The translations under genes were made by a program, and so were the position numbers. Source: the human T2T-CHM13v2.0 reference genome, Homo sapiens. Taken from it: a stretch of 64,000 bases of DNA. How positions within the stretch are numbered: the first letter of the stretch is position 1; every line of letters begins with the position of its first letter. The DNA lies in NCBI RefSeq assembly GCF_009914755.1, contig NC_060940.1, one strand, 5' to 3'. Positions 62,400-64,000 of this stretch are shown here, piece by piece. The notes beneath the pieces are model-generated. The model saw nothing but the letters and a program-made list of their open reading frames with translations, was not told where the DNA came from and did no database searches.

Positions 62400-62860
62400 G
62401 TATATCTTCTGGTTCCTCCAGAAGCGCACCTGTGATAAGGGTGCAAAGGTAATTAGTTTACCGGGAAGATGGTCCCAGGAAGTACCAGCAGGGGTGTGGG
62501 GAGGTGATGCAGGGAAGGGAAGGACCCCAGTAAGAGTGGGTAATTGAGCAAGTGCCTTTGTGGCCCTCTGAGGACCTCAGTGACACAGTGGAGAATGTCC
62601 CGCAGCTATCTCATCACTCAAGGGCAAGAGAGGAGAACTGTTAACCCCATCCCTATCATTGGTTGAGGGCTGCTCCCCTGACGTATTTACTATCTAGATC
62701 TTTACAGAAAAGACTGTTGCAGGGCATGAGGTATCTTGCCCTGATCTGGTGGAATTGCCTTCATGCCAGAAAAAAACACCCTTGGACAGAGAATTGCAGG
62801 TGATCCCTAAGCAGCTGTCTCTGTGCAGAGGTGAATACAGAAGGAATAAGGGTGTCTGGG
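62400..62860 (-). mobile_element. LTR16-family LTR
   Basis: ggttcctccagaagc..tagtttaccgggaagatggtcccaggaagtacc..cattggttgagggctgctcc. Confidence 0.6.
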
Positions 62861-62911
62861 TTTAGGGTCGCATTTGAGCTGCCCTGAGGTCCAAATGAAG
62901 AGTAGAAGCTG

Positions 62912-63061
62912 GGCTGGGCAAGGTATCTCACACCTGTAATCCCAGCAGTTTGGGAGGCTGAGGCAGGGGGATCTCTTGTGGCCAGGAGTTCAAGACCAGC
63001 TTGAGCAGCACAGCGAGATCCTATCTCCACAAAAATAAAAAATTAAAAAGAAGAAAAGAAA
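62912..63061 (+). mobile_element. FLAM_C / Alu left monomer
   Basis: Monomer plus A-rich tail; TSD agtagaagctg/aatagaagttg. Confidence 0.85.
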
Positions 63062-63551
63062 AATAGAAGTTGACTAGTTGGAGGGGCCTTAGAGAGGACT
63101 ATTCCTGAAGAGGAGACCTGTGCCCCTCCCCCTAGGCACAACAAGCTGCTCTTTCCTTGGGGTTCTGAGAATTTCTTACCTCTATCAAGACACCTACTTG
63201 AGGAGGTTTGCTCAGTTGTCTGGTTGGAGAGGATAGTTCGTGCCAAATCCATTATTCTGGGCCCAGGGCCTAGTTCTGTAGCCAGCACAGAGTGGGATAA
63301 CAGAGAATGAAGGGTCAGCCTCCTTCCAGCATTGCTGGCTACCAAGAGCTCAAGCTCATCCTCCTTTTGTCTAGTGCTTCCTACAAACAACTCCTAAGGG
63401 TGCCAGGGCTATGAACTATGGGAGATGGATGCCCTGCCAGCATGTAGGGCAGAGAGGAGGGAGGAGCTCGGGCTCAGGAAAGTCTTGGTTACAGAGGACA
63501 TGATCTAGGTATTGGCTTTTGTCTGACCACTGACTTCTTCTGTGTGTTACA

Positions 63552-64000
63552 GCACCTGTTCCCAAAGTGAGGTCAGGGAACCCCTGGGAGTTCCTAAAAG
63601 CTGCCCACGATTTTCAAGTGCTACTAAAACATTATTTGCCTTTCTTACTATCATTCTCTTATGAGTGTACAGGTAAGTTTGCCAGAGGCTACATGATGCG
63701 GGGTGACCCACTGGATTAGTACAGGAGCAAACAGAATCCAGCTGCCCTCTGTTAAGAAAGACAGTAAAAAACTGTGAAAATGTACAATGCCACACATCTC
63801 ATTAAATTGGCTTTATGTAAATATGTAGATATTTACCTAAATAAAACTGTGTATAAATGTTTCTGTAAATATGCAGCAGGTTTGTTATTGTTATTTTAAT
63901 TTAATTATGGAATAATTATTTCTTATTAATAGATATAACCTACTTAAACAGAAGTTTTCTCAATAAGGATAATTTTTTAATGGTGTCCTGGCTGGTCAGA
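63552..64000 (+). mobile_element. Charlie1-derived hAT element
   Basis: ttcccaaagtgaggtc..tactaaaacattatttgcc..gagtgtaca..ccagaggctacatga..gaatccagctg. Confidence 0.7.

Overview
This looks like primate (probably human or great ape, since AluY copies are present) gene-poor intergenic or deep-intronic DNA. I see no protein-coding exon, processed protein pseudogene, tRNA/rRNA gene or CRISPR array. The supplied ORFs are short and many overlap Alu, L1, LTR or simple-repeat sequence. A large share of the window is interspersed repeat: about 17 Alu/FLAM/FRAM copies (many with target-site duplications, TSDs), many MIR and L2 fragments, old L1M pieces, MaLR/ERVL/ERV1 LTRs, one complete two-LTR MST provirus, hAT-Charlie MITEs and one piggyBac-derived MER85. 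Between them lie several repeat-free blocks rich in homeobox/SOX/TCF/NKX motifs (about 4.2, 21.6, 26.5, 31.8, 41.5-42.6 and 59.5 kb) that resemble conserved developmental enhancers; this is inferred and no alignment was run. The most notable observations are: (1) a 142-bp inverted copy of an Alu/unique/MLT1B junction pasted 4.1 kb away into an L2, plus smaller locally templated repair scars; (2) a 21-nt non-Alu retroposed insert with an A-tail and a perfect 16-bp TSD, ending like an H/ACA RNA; (3) an old L1MB with twin-priming 5' inversion geometry; (4) an MST provirus whose two LTRs look like different subfamilies despite a perfect TSD; (5) a MER85 with an intact CSB-PGBD3 binding palindrome. 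I find no evidence for a new protein-encoded system. Repeat family names come from recalled consensus sequences and need RepeatMasker/Dfam confirmation. Boundaries without a TSD are approximate.
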